A DNA stretch of 59,291 bases, counting the filler. It is 5 parts of 5 records of this genome, joined end to end, with 100 filler letters (N's around TTAATTAATTAA, not from the genome) between each part and the next. Parts side by side here need not be neighbours in the genome. Positions count along the whole stretch, not along the records: positions 22,806 to 30,301 come from SRR22947725_413; positions 30,402 to 41,401 come from SRR22947725_414; 3 more parts are not named here. One strand, given 5' to 3'. This document shows positions 28,221 through 39,365 of this stretch, piece after piece (the first letter of the stretch is position 1; every line of letters starts with the position of its first letter). The position numbers and the translations under genes are program-made. The notes below the pieces were generated by a model that worked only from the letters and a program-made list of their open reading frames with translations, was not told the DNA's origin and searched no databases.

Positions 28221-30301
28221 ATGAAAAAAATAACCTTACTTTTTACAGCAATTCTGATCTCAGGATTCTGTTACGCTCAAAACGTTATAACAGGTACAGT
28301 TGTTGACGCTGAATTAGGCTCTGGTCTTCCAGGTGCAACAGTGCTTGTTAAGGGGACTTCTAATGGAGTTTCTACTGATTTTAATGGTGCTTTTACAATT
28401 AATGCATCTGGATCAGGAACATTAGTTGTTTCTTACGTTGGATACGATTCAAAGGAAATAACTTTTAACTCAGGAATAAGTTTAGGCAATATTGCTCTTT
28501 CAGCAAGTGCTAACGAACTTGATGGTATTACTGTTTTTGGAACTGTTGATTTTGCTGTTGACAGAAAAACTCCAGTCGCAGTATCCACTTTAACTGCTTC
28601 TGATATTCAAGAAAGAATTGGAAACTTAGAGCTTCCTGAAATGCTTAATTCAACTCCTGGTGTTTATGCAACTAGAGCTGGTGGAGCTTTTGGAGATTCA
28701 AGAATTAATGTAAGAGGGTTTGACTCTCAAAATACTGCAGTTTTAATTAACGGTATCCCTGTAAATGATATGGAAAACGGAAGAGTTTACTGGTCTAACT
28801 GGTCTGGTTTAACTGATGTTGTTTCTGCTATGCAGGTACAAAGAGGCCTTGGAGCTTCTAAATTAGCTATTTCATCTGTTGGTGGGACAATTAATGTTTT
28901 AACTAAATCTACTGAACTAACTAAAGGCGGTAAGATAGCTGCAACAGTTGGTAACGATGGATACATGAAAACTGTAGCTTCATACAATACTGGTGAAATG
29001 GAAGGTGGTCACGCACTTTCTTTATTGTTTTCAAGGGTTGAAGGAGATGGATACGTTGATGGAACTATGTTTGAAGGCTATAACTATTTTATGGGATACG
29101 GATGGGCTTCAGAAGACGACAAGCACAATGTGCAAGTAATTGTAACGGGTGCTCCTCAAGTTCATAATCAAAGAACTAATAGTTTTTATAATATGGCAAC
29201 TGGCCAACAATATAAAGATTATGGAATTCGTTATAATTACAATCATGGGTATTTAAATGGACAAGAGTTTAACTGGAGAAGAAACTTCTATCACAAGCCT
29301 ATTGCTTCTGTTAACTGGGAATATAAAATCAATGAATCAACTAATTTATCAGCGTCTGCATACTATTCAGTAGGAAGAGGTGGGGGAACTGGTGACATTG
29401 GAAGAGCTTATGGATTTCAATTTGCAAGTGGTGATTTAAACTACAACGGAAAATACGCTTTTAGAAACCCTATTAATGGTCATTTTGATTACGATAAATT
29501 AGCCGCATATAATGGTGGAACTCCTACCACTTTCTATAATGGTAGAACGGCTTCAAATTCAATTGATGCAGCAACAGGATTATATATAGTTAATGATCCA
29601 GATGAAAGAGTTGATGGGGTTAAAAGAAACGGTATTGTTAGAAGAGCTTCTGTAAACTCACATAACTTTGTTGGTAGTCTTATCAATTTAAAGAAAGAAC
29701 TTTCTGACAAATTAACTTTGGATTTTGGAGTAGATTTAAGAAATTATAGAGGTATTCATTACAGAAGATTAGATCATCTATTAGGATCTGATGGTTACAG
29801 AGATTTTGATAATGTCAACTACAATGGAGGAAGCGCCGTAAGAACAACAACTTACAGTTCTGATCTTGGTGAGTTATGGAATGTCTTTAAAGATACTGAT
29901 AATGAAGAAAAAATAGATTACCACAATGATGGATTTGTAAGATGGAGCGGTGTATTTGGACAGTTAGAATATAGCAATGATGCACTTTCATTATTTCTAC
30001 AAGGAGCAGTATCTAATCAAGGATTTCAAAGAGAAGAGTTTTTTAACCAAACTCCTGGAAATCAAAAAACAGATTGGAAAAACATTAGCGGAGGTAACTT
30101 AAAGGGTGGTGCCAACTATAACATCAATGCTAAAAGTAATGTTTATGTTAACGCTGGTACTTATTCTAAGCAACCAAACTTTGATGCTGTATGGATTAAC
30201 TATGGAAACAATCTTAATCCTGATTTAAGGAACGAAAAAGTTGTTGGTCTTGAAGCTGGTTACGGCTACAGATCTAGTAACTTTAATTTCAATGTTAACA
30301 T
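28221..30301 (+). CDS. TonB-dependent receptor with N-terminal carboxypeptidase-regulatory-like domain (3'-partial)
   Basis: Signal peptide, LPGATVLVKGT..G..TDFNG.F, plug domain GDSRINVRGF..VLINGIPVNDMENG, beta-barrel-like strands. Confidence 0.9.
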
Positions 30302-30401
30302 NNNNNNNNNNNNNNNNNNNNNNNNNNNNNNNNNNNNNNNNNNNNTTAATTAATTAANNNNNNNNNNNNNNNNNNNNNNNNNNNNNNNNNNNNNNNNNNN
30401 N
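30302..30401. other. Artificial contig-joining spacer
   Basis: N44-TTAATTAATTAA-N44. Confidence 0.97.
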
Positions 30402-30402
30402 T

Positions 30403-30492
30403 TACTTATTTAAATATCATTTAAATATTTATTCAAAATTTTCTGGTTTGCTTAATAAAAAAGAAAGAAAGTGGTTAGCCACTCTTATTTAA
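30403..30492 (+). CDS. C-terminal end of a probable Xaa-Pro aminopeptidase (M24), partial
   Basis: Manual translation YLFKYHLNIYSKFSGLLNKKERKWLATLI* resembles the aminopeptidase P C-terminus; overlaps the ligA 3' end convergently. Confidence 0.6.
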   Translation, partial: YLFKYHLNIYSKFSGLLNKKERKWLATLI

Positions 30493-32505
30493 CATTTTTA
30501 ACCATTCTATCTGATTAATAATTTTTATATTCCACTCTTTAGCTGTGTTTATTTTTTTTAGAGTTGGTTTGTCTCCAGCAATTAAATAATCAAGTTTTTT
30601 ATTAACGTTACTAATTATTTTTCCTGAATTTTGCTCTATCAATGATTTTGCTTCCGCCCTGCTTATTCCATTTAACTTCCCAGTTAACATAAAAGTTTTA
30701 TTTTTTAACAATCCATTATCATTTATTAAAATTATATCTTTGATTAATAAATTTTTTTCTAACTCAGACAACACTTTAAGATTAGTTTTATTTAGGAAAA
30801 ATTTTTTAATGGATTGAATTTGAGTTATTCCAATTCCATCAATATTAGATAAACTTTCAATATTCTTTTCACCTGATAATCTAAAAAAATTAGATGCTGT
30901 TTTAAGGTGTCTTGCAATAAGCTTAGCATTTTCTTGTCCAATATGTCTTATTCCTAATGAATAAATAAATCGCTCTAGAGAAATATTTTTTTTTTCTTCA
31001 ATTGAGAATCTTAAATTGGCAACTGATAATTTTCCCCATCCTTCGAGTTCTTCTATTTTATTATAATTAAGCTTAAATATATCCTGTGGAAGTCTTACTA
31101 ATTTTAGATTCCAAAAATTTTCAACAATTTTCTTGCCAAATCCGTCTATGTTAAATGCGTCCTTAGAAACAAAATGTTTAATTCTTTCTATGGCAATTTT
31201 TTCACATTCAAACCCCTCACTAGCACACCTTCTTACAGCATCTTGTCTTTTAGTTGTCTCATTATAATCTTTAATTGTTTTGCTTCCACACGATGGGCAC
31301 TTTAATGGAAAAATAAATTTCTTTGAATTTTGTTTTCTTTTTTTTAAATCTACTGAAACTACATGTGGAATTACATCTCCAGCTCTTTCAACAGTGACCG
31401 TATCCCCTACTCTTATATCTTTTCTAACAATTTCATCTTCATTGTGAAGCGTTGCATTTGAAACTATTACTCCCCCTATATTAACCGGTTTAATTTTTGC
31501 AACCGGGGTAAGTGCCCCCGTTCTACCAATTTGTATTTCAATATTCATTATTTCTGAAATTGAGCTATTAGCTGAAAACTTATGTGCTATCGCCCATCTT
31601 GGTGCATTAGCAGCAAAACCCAGTCTTTTTTGTAAATCAAAATCATTAACTTTATAAACAATTCCATCTATATCAAATGCCAGCTCTTTTCTTTTTTCCT
31701 CTAATTCTTTATGATTTAACATTAAATTTTTAACCCCAATAATTTTTTTATTAAATGGGTTTGTTTTAAACCCCCATAATTTTAAATTTTCTAAGAAACT
31801 TGTTTGATTTTTGATATTCATTTTTTTTTCATAACCATATGTGTAAGCAATAAATTTTAATGGAATTTTTGCAGTTATTAATGAATTTTTTTGTCTTAAT
31901 GATCCAGAAGCAGCATTTCTAGGGTTTGCAAACTTGTCTTTAATTTTTTTAAAATCATTATTTTCTATAAAAACTTCACCTCTAATATCTATTTCTTTAG
32001 GGAAGTTACTCTTAGCAATCTCCAAAGGTATATCCTTAATGGTTTTTAAATTTTGTGTAATATCCTCTCCTTCATTACCATCTCCTCTAGAAAGCCCCTT
32101 GGTTAATTTTCCATCAATATAAATTAGGGATGCAGATATTCCATCAATTTTTGGTTCAGTACTATATTCGATAGTATTTACATCTTTTAAACTTAAGAAA
32201 TTAATTATTTTTTTTTCAAAATTTTTTAAGTCTTCTTCATTAAAAGCATTTCCAAGCGACAACATTGGAACTTTATGTTTTATTTTTTGAAAGTTTTTTG
32301 ATGGTTTAAATCCTATGGATTTAGTGGGAGAATATTCACTTTTTAAAAATTTATATTTACTCTCTAAATCTATTATATCTTTTTTTAAAAGATCAAATTC
32401 TTGATCTGATACGATAGGTTTGTTTTTATCATAATAATGCTTGTTATGTCTCTGAAATAAATCAATTTTTTTTAAGTATTCAATTTCAAGATCTTTATCA
32501 TTCAT
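30475..32505 (-). CDS. ligA: NAD-dependent DNA ligase
   Basis: MLSL.N, EPKIDG, NPRNAASGSLRQ, GRTG, Zn-finger cysteines, C-terminal BRCT. Confidence 0.97.
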   Translation of the reverse strand: MNDKDLEIEYLKKIDLFQRHNKHYYDKNKPIVSDQEFDLLKKDIIDLESKYKFLKSEYSPTKSIGFKPSKNFQKIKHKVPMLSLGNAFNEEDLKNFEKKIINFLSLKDVNTIEYSTEPKIDGISASLIYIDGKLTKGLSRGDGNEGEDITQNLKTIKDIPLEIAKSNFPKEIDIRGEVFIENNDFKKIKDKFANPRNAASGSLRQKNSLITAKIPLKFIAYTYGYEKKMNIKNQTSFLENLKLWGFKTNPFNKKIIGVKNLMLNHKELEEKRKELAFDIDGIVYKVNDFDLQKRLGFAANAPRWAIAHKFSANSSISEIMNIEIQIGRTGALTPVAKIKPVNIGGVIVSNATLHNEDEIVRKDIRVGDTVTVERAGDVIPHVVSVDLKKRKQNSKKFIFPLKCPSCGSKTIKDYNETTKRQDAVRRCASEGFECEKIAIERIKHFVSKDAFNIDGFGKKIVENFWNLKLVRLPQDIFKLNYNKIEELEGWGKLSVANLRFSIEEKKNISLERFIYSLGIRHIGQENAKLIARHLKTASNFFRLSGEKNIESLSNIDGIGITQIQSIKKFFLNKTNLKVLSELEKNLLIKDIILINDNGLLKNKTFMLTGKLNGISRAEAKSLIEQNSGKIISNVNKKLDYLIAGDKPTLKKINTAKEWNIKIINQIEWLKMLNKSG

Positions 32506-32506
32506 T

Positions 32507-33355
32507 TTACTCGAACAATCCCTTAAATCTTTTTATTAAACCTATCTTTTTCTTTTTGTCTTTTTGTAGTTCTTTTACACCATCTCTATAATCTTTATTA
32601 AATACTTTGTAAGAATTTTTATACCAATCAGAAGATTGGTAATTGTATCCTAAAGTGCTTGCATATTTTTTTGACTCATTAATTAATCCAAGTCTATAAT
32701 TAATTTCAACCAGTCTATGAAGAGCTTCCTCTGTATAAATGGTTGTATTGTAATCTTTAACAACTGTTTTAAATCGATTAAGTGCTGGAATCCACTTAGT
32801 TTTTTTTAGATAATATCTAGCTATGTACATCTCTTTTGCTGCCAAAATTTCATTAATTAAATCTATTTTAAATTTAGCATCCATGGCAAATTCTGTACTA
32901 GGATAATCTCTAATTATAGTTTCAAATTGCTCCTTAGAATCTAATATTGATTTTAAGTCTTTTTTTTCATCAACTATTTGTTCATAAAAACTCATACCTA
33001 GAAGAAAATGTGCATAAACTTTATCTTTATGATTTGGATATGTTACTAAATATCTTTCTAACTCAAAAATTGCATCACTGTAATAATCTTGAGTATAGTA
33101 TGCATAAGCTGCCATAATTGCAGATTTTGCAGCCCAGGGTGACTGTGGAAATAACAACTCAGCCTCATTAAATTTTTTAGCTGCTAATAAAACATCTCCT
33201 CTTTGTAGTTCAAAATAACCCTCTTTGTATGCATCAGACATCTGCATTTCCATATCCACTTCTACAATTTCAGATATTTGTTTTGTTTTATCTCCACAAG
33301 ACCAAATAAAGATAAAAGTGATTAAAAGAAGTATAATTTTTAATTTTGAAAGCAT
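32507..33355 (-). CDS. bamD: Outer membrane protein assembly factor BamD (ComL)
   Basis: Lipobox IWSC, TPR repeats, EALHRLVE..LGL, LGYNY..S.WY; position after lpxC. Confidence 0.9.
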   Translation of the reverse strand: MLSKLKIILLLITFIFIWSCGDKTKQISEIVEVDMEMQMSDAYKEGYFELQRGDVLLAAKKFNEAELLFPQSPWAAKSAIMAAYAYYTQDYYSDAIFELERYLVTYPNHKDKVYAHFLLGMSFYEQIVDEKKDLKSILDSKEQFETIIRDYPSTEFAMDAKFKIDLINEILAAKEMYIARYYLKKTKWIPALNRFKTVVKDYNTTIYTEEALHRLVEINYRLGLINESKKYASTLGYNYQSSDWYKNSYKVFNKDYRDGVKELQKDKKKKIGLIKRFKGLFE

Positions 33356-33393
33356 GGTCTTATTCTAACAGATTATGAATAAAACTCTATTTT

Positions 33394-34314
33394 TTAAGCA
33401 ATAGATCTTAGGTGACTCTTATTTATGAAGGTATTTGGCAAATGTTTTTCAGTAATCTCTATTAATGAAAAATTTTCGTCTTGTTGAAAAACTTTTCTCA
33501 ATAATTGGTTAGTTAATTTATGCCCTCCTTGAGAACAAATAATTTTTCCAATTATTTTATAACCTGCTAGATATAAATCTCCCATACAATCTAAAATCTT
33601 ATGGTTTACAAATTCTTTTTTATTTCTAAGACCTTTTTCATTTAAAATTTCATTGTCCTTAACAACTATTGCATTTTCAAGACTTCCTCCTTGAGCTAAT
33701 CCCATTTCTTTTAGCTTTGCAATATCCTCAAAAAGACAGAAGGTTCTTGAATTATAAATATCAGTCAAATCTGACTCGAATACACTTACTAAATTTCTTT
33801 GCGTTCCAATTAAATTATTTTCATATTTTAGTTCAAAATCTATATCCAAACTAACTTTGCTTGGCTCTATAGAAATTGTTTTTTTACCATCATTAAATTC
33901 AATTCTTTTTTCAATTTTAATAATCTTTATTGGTGCTTCACTATTTTTTATTCCAGCTTTTGATATTTCTTCAATAAAAATTTTTGCTGACCCATCAAGA
34001 ATTGGTACTTCCTGATTATCAATCTCTACTAGGGCATTATCAATTCCTAAACCATATAATGCTCCCATTAAATGCTCTATTGTTGATATACTAACCCCAC
34101 TTTCATTAGCTATGGTTGTACAAAATACTGCACTACTAACATTAAAAATATTTGGGACTACTATATTATTTTCTTTTAAATCAACTCTTTTAAAAAGAAT
34201 TCCCGAATTTGGTTTTGCTGGCTTAACCGTCATAGTTACATTTGCTCCACTATGAAGCCCAACGCCTTTAAAGATAATATCTCTATTGATAGTTTTTTGA
34301 TTAAGAACAGACAT
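33394..34314 (-). CDS. lpxC: UDP-3-O-acyl-N-acetylglucosamine deacetylase
   Basis: GVGLHSG, TIEHLM, PILDGS, SRTF, HKILDCMGDL. Confidence 0.96.
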   Translation of the reverse strand: MSVLNQKTINRDIIFKGVGLHSGANVTMTVKPAKPNSGILFKRVDLKENNIVVPNIFNVSSAVFCTTIANESGVSISTIEHLMGALYGLGIDNALVEIDNQEVPILDGSAKIFIEEISKAGIKNSEAPIKIIKIEKRIEFNDGKKTISIEPSKVSLDIDFELKYENNLIGTQRNLVSVFESDLTDIYNSRTFCLFEDIAKLKEMGLAQGGSLENAIVVKDNEILNEKGLRNKKEFVNHKILDCMGDLYLAGYKIIGKIICSQGGHKLTNQLLRKVFQQDENFSLIEITEKHLPNTFINKSHLRSIA

Positions 34315-34379
34315 TATTATTCTTATAAATAATTGGTTTAAATTTAGAAAAACAACAAATGTTACGAGAAAATACTAAT

Positions 34380-35489
34380 CTATTTGAAAAAATGAAAAAG
34401 TTTTTCAAAAAAACCATGTTTTATTTGTTTTTTTGGCATAACTACAACCTCTTGTTTGTCATACATTTTTCTTAGTTTGTATCCAGATTGACAAACATCA
34501 CCTAGAGTTTCCTCTAAAAAATCAATATCTTTAGAAAATGAAATTTTATCTTTAAATTTATTATCTAAAATTTTTGATCCTTCTCCCATCAGTATCATCT
34601 TAGATTGGGTCTTTACCTTTGCATTTGAGACAAGAGATTTATCACATAATTCAAGAATCTCTTCCGTTCTAGCAAAAGCTATTTTTTGTAGCATTTCCAA
34701 AGAAAAATTTGGATTATCAGTATGTTCGTTATTTTTTTCAAAATTTAATTTAAGTTTTTCTGCTTCATTAATATCAATTTTTAAAAGTAGAGAAATATCT
34801 TTAGTAATATGGTTTCCACCTATCGGCAGAACGTCCAAAAAGATTAATTTATCATTATAAAAGGAAATAATTGATGTTTTTTTAAAAGCAATATCAATGA
34901 AAGATACCTCTCCTGTTAAATTTAAATTATTTTTATAATTGATTGATTTTGCATAACTAGAGCAAATTATTTGATTAATTGATATATTTAATTCTGAAAA
35001 AATATTTTTAAAGCTAAAGACTAATTCACTTGGAAGACAGATAAAGATAATGTCTAGCGATATAAATTGGCAATCGATTTCATCTGGTAACTCAGAATAA
35101 TCAACATTATCAATTTTATAATTATTTATAACTATGTGTGCAATATTATAATCTGAATAATATTTTTTTATTTGCTGCTTTGCTTCTTGAATTAAAAATA
35201 TGATATCATCTTGTCTTAATTTCAGTTCTTCAATTTTTTTAAATACAGAAATTGCAACGGAAATCGTTTTTGAACTATCTATCATCAAATCTATATTATC
35301 AATATATTCATTTGTGGATTTTTCTAGCGAAGCAATAATTTTTTGAATATCTGGTTTAAGATTAAATTGCTCTGTATAAAAATTACTCTCAATAAAAAAA
35401 GGGTTATTCTTACTTTCCTCATTAAATGCACCTGCTCTTATTTTTGAAGAACCACAGTCAATTATTATTTGAAATTTTTTATCACTCAT
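34380..35489 (-). CDS. ftsA: Cell division protein FtsA, strongly divergent
   Basis: Follows ftsQ; DCGSSK, GGNHITKDI, EAEKLK, ARTEEIL, C-terminal amphipathic helix GFFEKLFHFFK. Confidence 0.8.
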   Translation of the reverse strand: MSDKKFQIIIDCGSSKIRAGAFNEESKNNPFFIESNFYTEQFNLKPDIQKIIASLEKSTNEYIDNIDLMIDSSKTISVAISVFKKIEELKLRQDDIIFLIQEAKQQIKKYYSDYNIAHIVINNYKIDNVDYSELPDEIDCQFISLDIIFICLPSELVFSFKNIFSELNISINQIICSSYAKSINYKNNLNLTGEVSFIDIAFKKTSIISFYNDKLIFLDVLPIGGNHITKDISLLLKIDINEAEKLKLNFEKNNEHTDNPNFSLEMLQKIAFARTEEILELCDKSLVSNAKVKTQSKMILMGEGSKILDNKFKDKISFSKDIDFLEETLGDVCQSGYKLRKMYDKQEVVVMPKKQIKHGFFEKLFHFFK

Positions 35490-36166
35490 TACTTAGCAAC
35501 TAAATGATTTTTAATTCTCAAATCAATAAATTTAAAATCTTTAAAATTATCATTATTGATAAGTTCCTTAGATAAGTTTAATGACGCTACAATATGTTCT
35601 TGTGGTAGCTTAATCAAAATATCCTTATCAGTTAAAATATCCCATCTACCTGATGGGAAAAAAGATAATTCTTTTAAATTTGAAAAAGACCACATAGATT
35701 TTTCAATATTTTTTTTAAATGATAAAAAATCTTGAGAATTAAATTCACCAAAAATGTATGGGAGTAGTTCGTTGTTACTTTTATCTTCAATTAACTTACC
35801 ATTGGCACCTACTAGATATTGACTATTATTAGAAACTCGAGCAATTAATTCAGTTGGTTTAATTTTAATGTTAAGTGTTGATGGGTAAATTTTTTTTATA
35901 TTAAACTCTTGTATAATATTATGTTTTTCTAAAATTTTTATTATTTCTTCCTCATTAATGACAAATATACTTTTGTATAAAAGGTTATTAAGGTTATCTA
36001 AGATCTCCAAATTTTTTCTCTCAGAAAGACCTGTAATGTTTATTTTAGTTATTGATGAAGATAATTTTTTTTGATCGTTTATAAATTTTGCACTAGTAGT
36101 GCTTAAAATGAATAAAAATAATAAATAAATTATTATTTTATTTTTTTTACCTATTGATTGAAGCAT
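35489..36166 (-). CDS. ftsQ: Cell division protein FtsQ/DivIB
   Basis: One TM segment, POTRA-like KKIYPSTL.I.I, RWD, terminal IDLRI; position after ddl. Confidence 0.8.
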   Translation of the reverse strand: MLQSIGKKNKIIIYLLFLFILSTTSAKFINDQKKLSSSITKINITGLSERKNLEILDNLNNLLYKSIFVINEEEIIKILEKHNIIQEFNIKKIYPSTLNIKIKPTELIARVSNNSQYLVGANGKLIEDKSNNELLPYIFGEFNSQDFLSFKKNIEKSMWSFSNLKELSFFPSGRWDILTDKDILIKLPQEHIVASLNLSKELINNDNFKDFKFIDLRIKNHLVAK

Positions 36167-37061
36167 CTTTTAAAATCCATTCAATTAATTTTATAAAACT
36201 TATACCCTTATATGTTGCAATCTCAGGAACTAATGAAAGTTTAGTCATTCCAGGCTGAGTATTAATCTCTAACAAATAAAACTTCCCGTTAAAAAATTTA
36301 AAGTCAGATCTTGTAACACCTTTACAACCTATAATTTTATGAGCTGCTCTTGCTATGCCAGTAATTTTAGCTAGATTATTTTTACTCAAATCTACAGGAA
36401 TTAAGTGCTTAGTCTTAGCACTAGAATTATATTTTGCCTCATAATCATAAAACTTTCTTTTAGGCTCAAGTTCAATTGCACCAAGTGATTTATTATTCAT
36501 TATTGCAACTTGGATTTCTCTACCTGGTATAAATTCCTCAATTAATATTTCATTATAACTTTTTAATACTTTTAAGTTTTTTAATATATTGGTCTTGTCA
36601 CAAATATATACATGAACACTAGATCCTTCATTTATAGGTTTTACTACTACAGGGAATTTTAAATTTTTTTCAATTAATTTTATAATGTTAAGTTTATTTT
36701 TTTTATGATTAAATTTAATATATTTTGGAGTTAGTATTTTATTTTTTATAAAAATTTTTTTTGAAATTTCTTTATCCATTGCTATTGATGATGCCATTAC
36801 ACCTGAGTGTGTGTATGGAATTTTTTTAGTCTCTAAAATTGCTTGAATGTATCCATCCTCACCAAATTGTCCATGTAGCGCATTAAAAATAACATCTGGT
36901 TTAAATGAAGTGATATTCTTTGAAAGATTTTTATCAGGCTCACTAATTAAAACCTTATATCCATTTTTAATTAACTCTTTGGCAACTTGCTTTCCAGTAT
37001 CTAAGCTAATTAACCGCTCCTTAGATATACCACCAGATAATATTAAGATTTTTTTTGTCAT
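36147..37061 (-). CDS. ddl: D-alanine--D-alanine ligase
   Basis: ALHGQFGEDG, EGSS, FYDYEAKY, EINTQPGMT. Confidence 0.96.
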   Translation of the reverse strand: MTKKILILSGGISKERLISLDTGKQVAKELIKNGYKVLISEPDKNLSKNITSFKPDVIFNALHGQFGEDGYIQAILETKKIPYTHSGVMASSIAMDKEISKKIFIKNKILTPKYIKFNHKKNKLNIIKLIEKNLKFPVVVKPINEGSSVHVYICDKTNILKNLKVLKSYNEILIEEFIPGREIQVAIMNNKSLGAIELEPKRKFYDYEAKYNSSAKTKHLIPVDLSKNNLAKITGIARAAHKIIGCKGVTRSDFKFFNGKFYLLEINTQPGMTKLSLVPEIATYKGISFIKLIEWILKDASINR

Positions 37062-37062
37062 T

Positions 37063-37971
37063 TTATTTTAAAATTTTAATTTCTTTTTCTAGCACTATTC
37101 CAGTTTTTTTTTCCACATTTGTCTTAACAAATTCAATCAATTTATTCATATCCTCAAAACTAGCATTATTTTTATTTACAAAAAAATTACAGTGCTTATT
37201 TGAAATGTGAGCATCCCCAAAGCTTATATCTAGTGGTACAGAATCTTTTATCAGCTCCCAGACCTTTTTATCAGTTTGATCAATTGGATTCTTGAATGTG
37301 CTACCACTTGTTTTTAATTTTGTTGGTTGTGCTTTATCTTTCTTCTTCTTTAATTCTAAAACTTCGTTTTCTATTTCTTCTTTATTTTTTTTTGTTCCTT
37401 TAAAAGATGCACTTAAAAAAATTAAGTCCTCTTTTAAATCATTGCTTCGGTATTTAAATATAACTTTACTCGCTGGTATTGTAAAAACCTGTCCATTTTT
37501 ATCAATTGCTTGGATTGATACTAGCACATCTTTAAACTCTTTATTAAAGCATCCAGCATTCATCTTTAATCCACCACCTATAGTACCAGGTATGCATGCT
37601 AAAAATTCAAATCCACCTATTCCATTATTCAGTGCAAAATCAGAAAGCTTTTTATCAAGACAGGCACTGCCAGCTATAATGACATCATTTGGTAATATAG
37701 AGATGTTGGAAAAATTTTTTCCTAGTTTGATAACAACACCATCAAATTTTTCATCACTTATAAGGGTATTAGAGCCTGCACCTAAAATATGTATTTTTTC
37801 TTTTTCTCCAAATTTTTTTAAAAACAAAATTAAGTCAGATAAATTATCTGGTCTAAAGTAAACTTTAGTTTGTCCACCAATATTAAACCAATTGCTCTTT
37901 TTTAAATCATAATCAAAGTTAATTTTACTACTAATTTCATTAGAAAATTTTCTTATTTCTTCAATGCTCAT
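37063..37971 (-). CDS. murB: UDP-N-acetylmuramate dehydrogenase
   Basis: GAGSN, IPGTIGG..MNAG, GSTFKNP, HCNF. Start set at the ATG coupled to the murC stop (TAATG). Confidence 0.95.
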   Translation of the reverse strand: MSIEEIRKFSNEISSKINFDYDLKKSNWFNIGGQTKVYFRPDNLSDLILFLKKFGEKEKIHILGAGSNTLISDEKFDGVVIKLGKNFSNISILPNDVIIAGSACLDKKLSDFALNNGIGGFEFLACIPGTIGGGLKMNAGCFNKEFKDVLVSIQAIDKNGQVFTIPASKVIFKYRSNDLKEDLIFLSASFKGTKKNKEEIENEVLELKKKKDKAQPTKLKTSGSTFKNPIDQTDKKVWELIKDSVPLDISFGDAHISNKHCNFFVNKNNASFEDMNKLIEFVKTNVEKKTGIVLEKEIKILK

Positions 37972-39365
37972 TAGATCAATTCTGGTAATTGTCTCATCCA
38001 TGCTGAAATTGTACCAGCACCCATACCAACAACTATCTTTTTGCCAAAAATAGTATTTTTAATAAATTTTGCTAACTGGTACTGATCTTCAACCATAAAC
38101 AATCTTACTTTTGAATTTTTAATAATATCTTTTGCAAAATTATTATATTTAAAACCTAATTTTATTTTTTCTCCAGCGGTATAAACAGGGCATAATATTA
38201 CAACATCAGCTTTTTTAAATGATAAGCTGAATTCTTTTTTAAGATCTTTTAATCTGGAAATTCTGTGTGGTTGAAATATGCAAATCACTTCTTCCTTTTT
38301 ATAAGCAGCTCGCACACCATTTAATACTTCTCTAATTTCAGTTGGATGATGGGCATAATCATCATAAAAATTAGTTTCTCTATGTGTAAAAATTTTATTA
38401 AATCTTCTTTGAACGCCCTTAAATTCTTTTAATCCTTTTTTGATTATATTTTGTGATATTCCTATTGTTACTGCCACAGCAATTGCTGCTGTAGAGTTTC
38501 TAATATTGTGAATTCCTAATAATGGTAATTTAATTTTTCTTATAGTTAAATTCTTTTTTCCTGGCAAATTTATAGCTAAATCATATTGAGAATATTCTTT
38601 TTCTTGTTTTATATTCTTAATATAGAAATTTGATTTATTATCAGTTCCATATGTATAATAATTCTTCATTTTTAATTTACTTAATAAATCTTTATTATTC
38701 TTGTCATCTATACAAATAAAAGACTTCCCAAACGAAGGGACCTTATTGATAAATTTTATAAATAATTCTTTAAGATCTTTCATTGAATTATAAAAGTCCA
38801 TATGCTCACGATCAATATTTGTTACTATAGAATAAGTTGGTGGCACATGTATAAAACTACCATCTGACTCATCAGCTTCTAATATACACCAATCACTTTT
38901 ACCTAATTTTGCAGAATTTTTTATTGCATTAAGGACACCTCCATTAATAATTGTTGGGTCCAATTTTGTCTTTGAAAATATTGAGGCTAATAAAGATGTA
39001 GTTGTTGTTTTTCCATGTGAACCGGTAACAACTATATTTTTTGTTAAAGAGACTATATTTGCCAACATCTCTCCTCTTTTATAAATAGGTAATTGTTTTA
39101 GTTTGGCTTCAATTAATTCAGGGTTATTGTTTTTAATAGCTGACGAAATGACAACAATTGTTGCTTTTGCTATATTTTTTTTAGTATGACTAATTGTAAT
39201 TTTGATCTTATCTTTTTTTAATCTTTCAATATTTTTATTTCCAAGGACGTCACTCCCTTGAACATTAAATCCCATCCTTTTCATAATGAGTGCAAGGCCA
39301 CTCATTCCAATACCCCCTATACCAACAAAATGTATAATTTCAGTTTTAGCTAATTCAATTTTCAT
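37971..39365 (-). CDS. murC: UDP-N-acetylmuramate--L-alanine ligase
   Basis: GIGGIGMSG, GSHGKTTTT, EADESDGS, DDYAHHPTE. Confidence 0.97.
   Translation of the reverse strand: MKIELAKTEIIHFVGIGGIGMSGLALIMKRMGFNVQGSDVLGNKNIERLKKDKIKITISHTKKNIAKATIVVISSAIKNNNPELIEAKLKQLPIYKRGEMLANIVSLTKNIVVTGSHGKTTTTSLLASIFSKTKLDPTIINGGVLNAIKNSAKLGKSDWCILEADESDGSFIHVPPTYSIVTNIDREHMDFYNSMKDLKELFIKFINKVPSFGKSFICIDDKNNKDLLSKLKMKNYYTYGTDNKSNFYIKNIKQEKEYSQYDLAINLPGKKNLTIRKIKLPLLGIHNIRNSTAAIAVAVTIGISQNIIKKGLKEFKGVQRRFNKIFTHRETNFYDDYAHHPTEIREVLNGVRAAYKKEEVICIFQPHRISRLKDLKKEFSLSFKKADVVILCPVYTAGEKIKLGFKYNNFAKDIIKNSKVRLFMVEDQYQLAKFIKNTIFGKKIVVGMGAGTISAWMRQLPELI

Noticed and set aside
22806-30301. Horizontal transfer of Bacteroidota genes into a SAR11 genome
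   Set aside because: The block is bounded on both sides by artificial spacers and consists of housekeeping genes; co-binning or concatenation is the simpler explanation.
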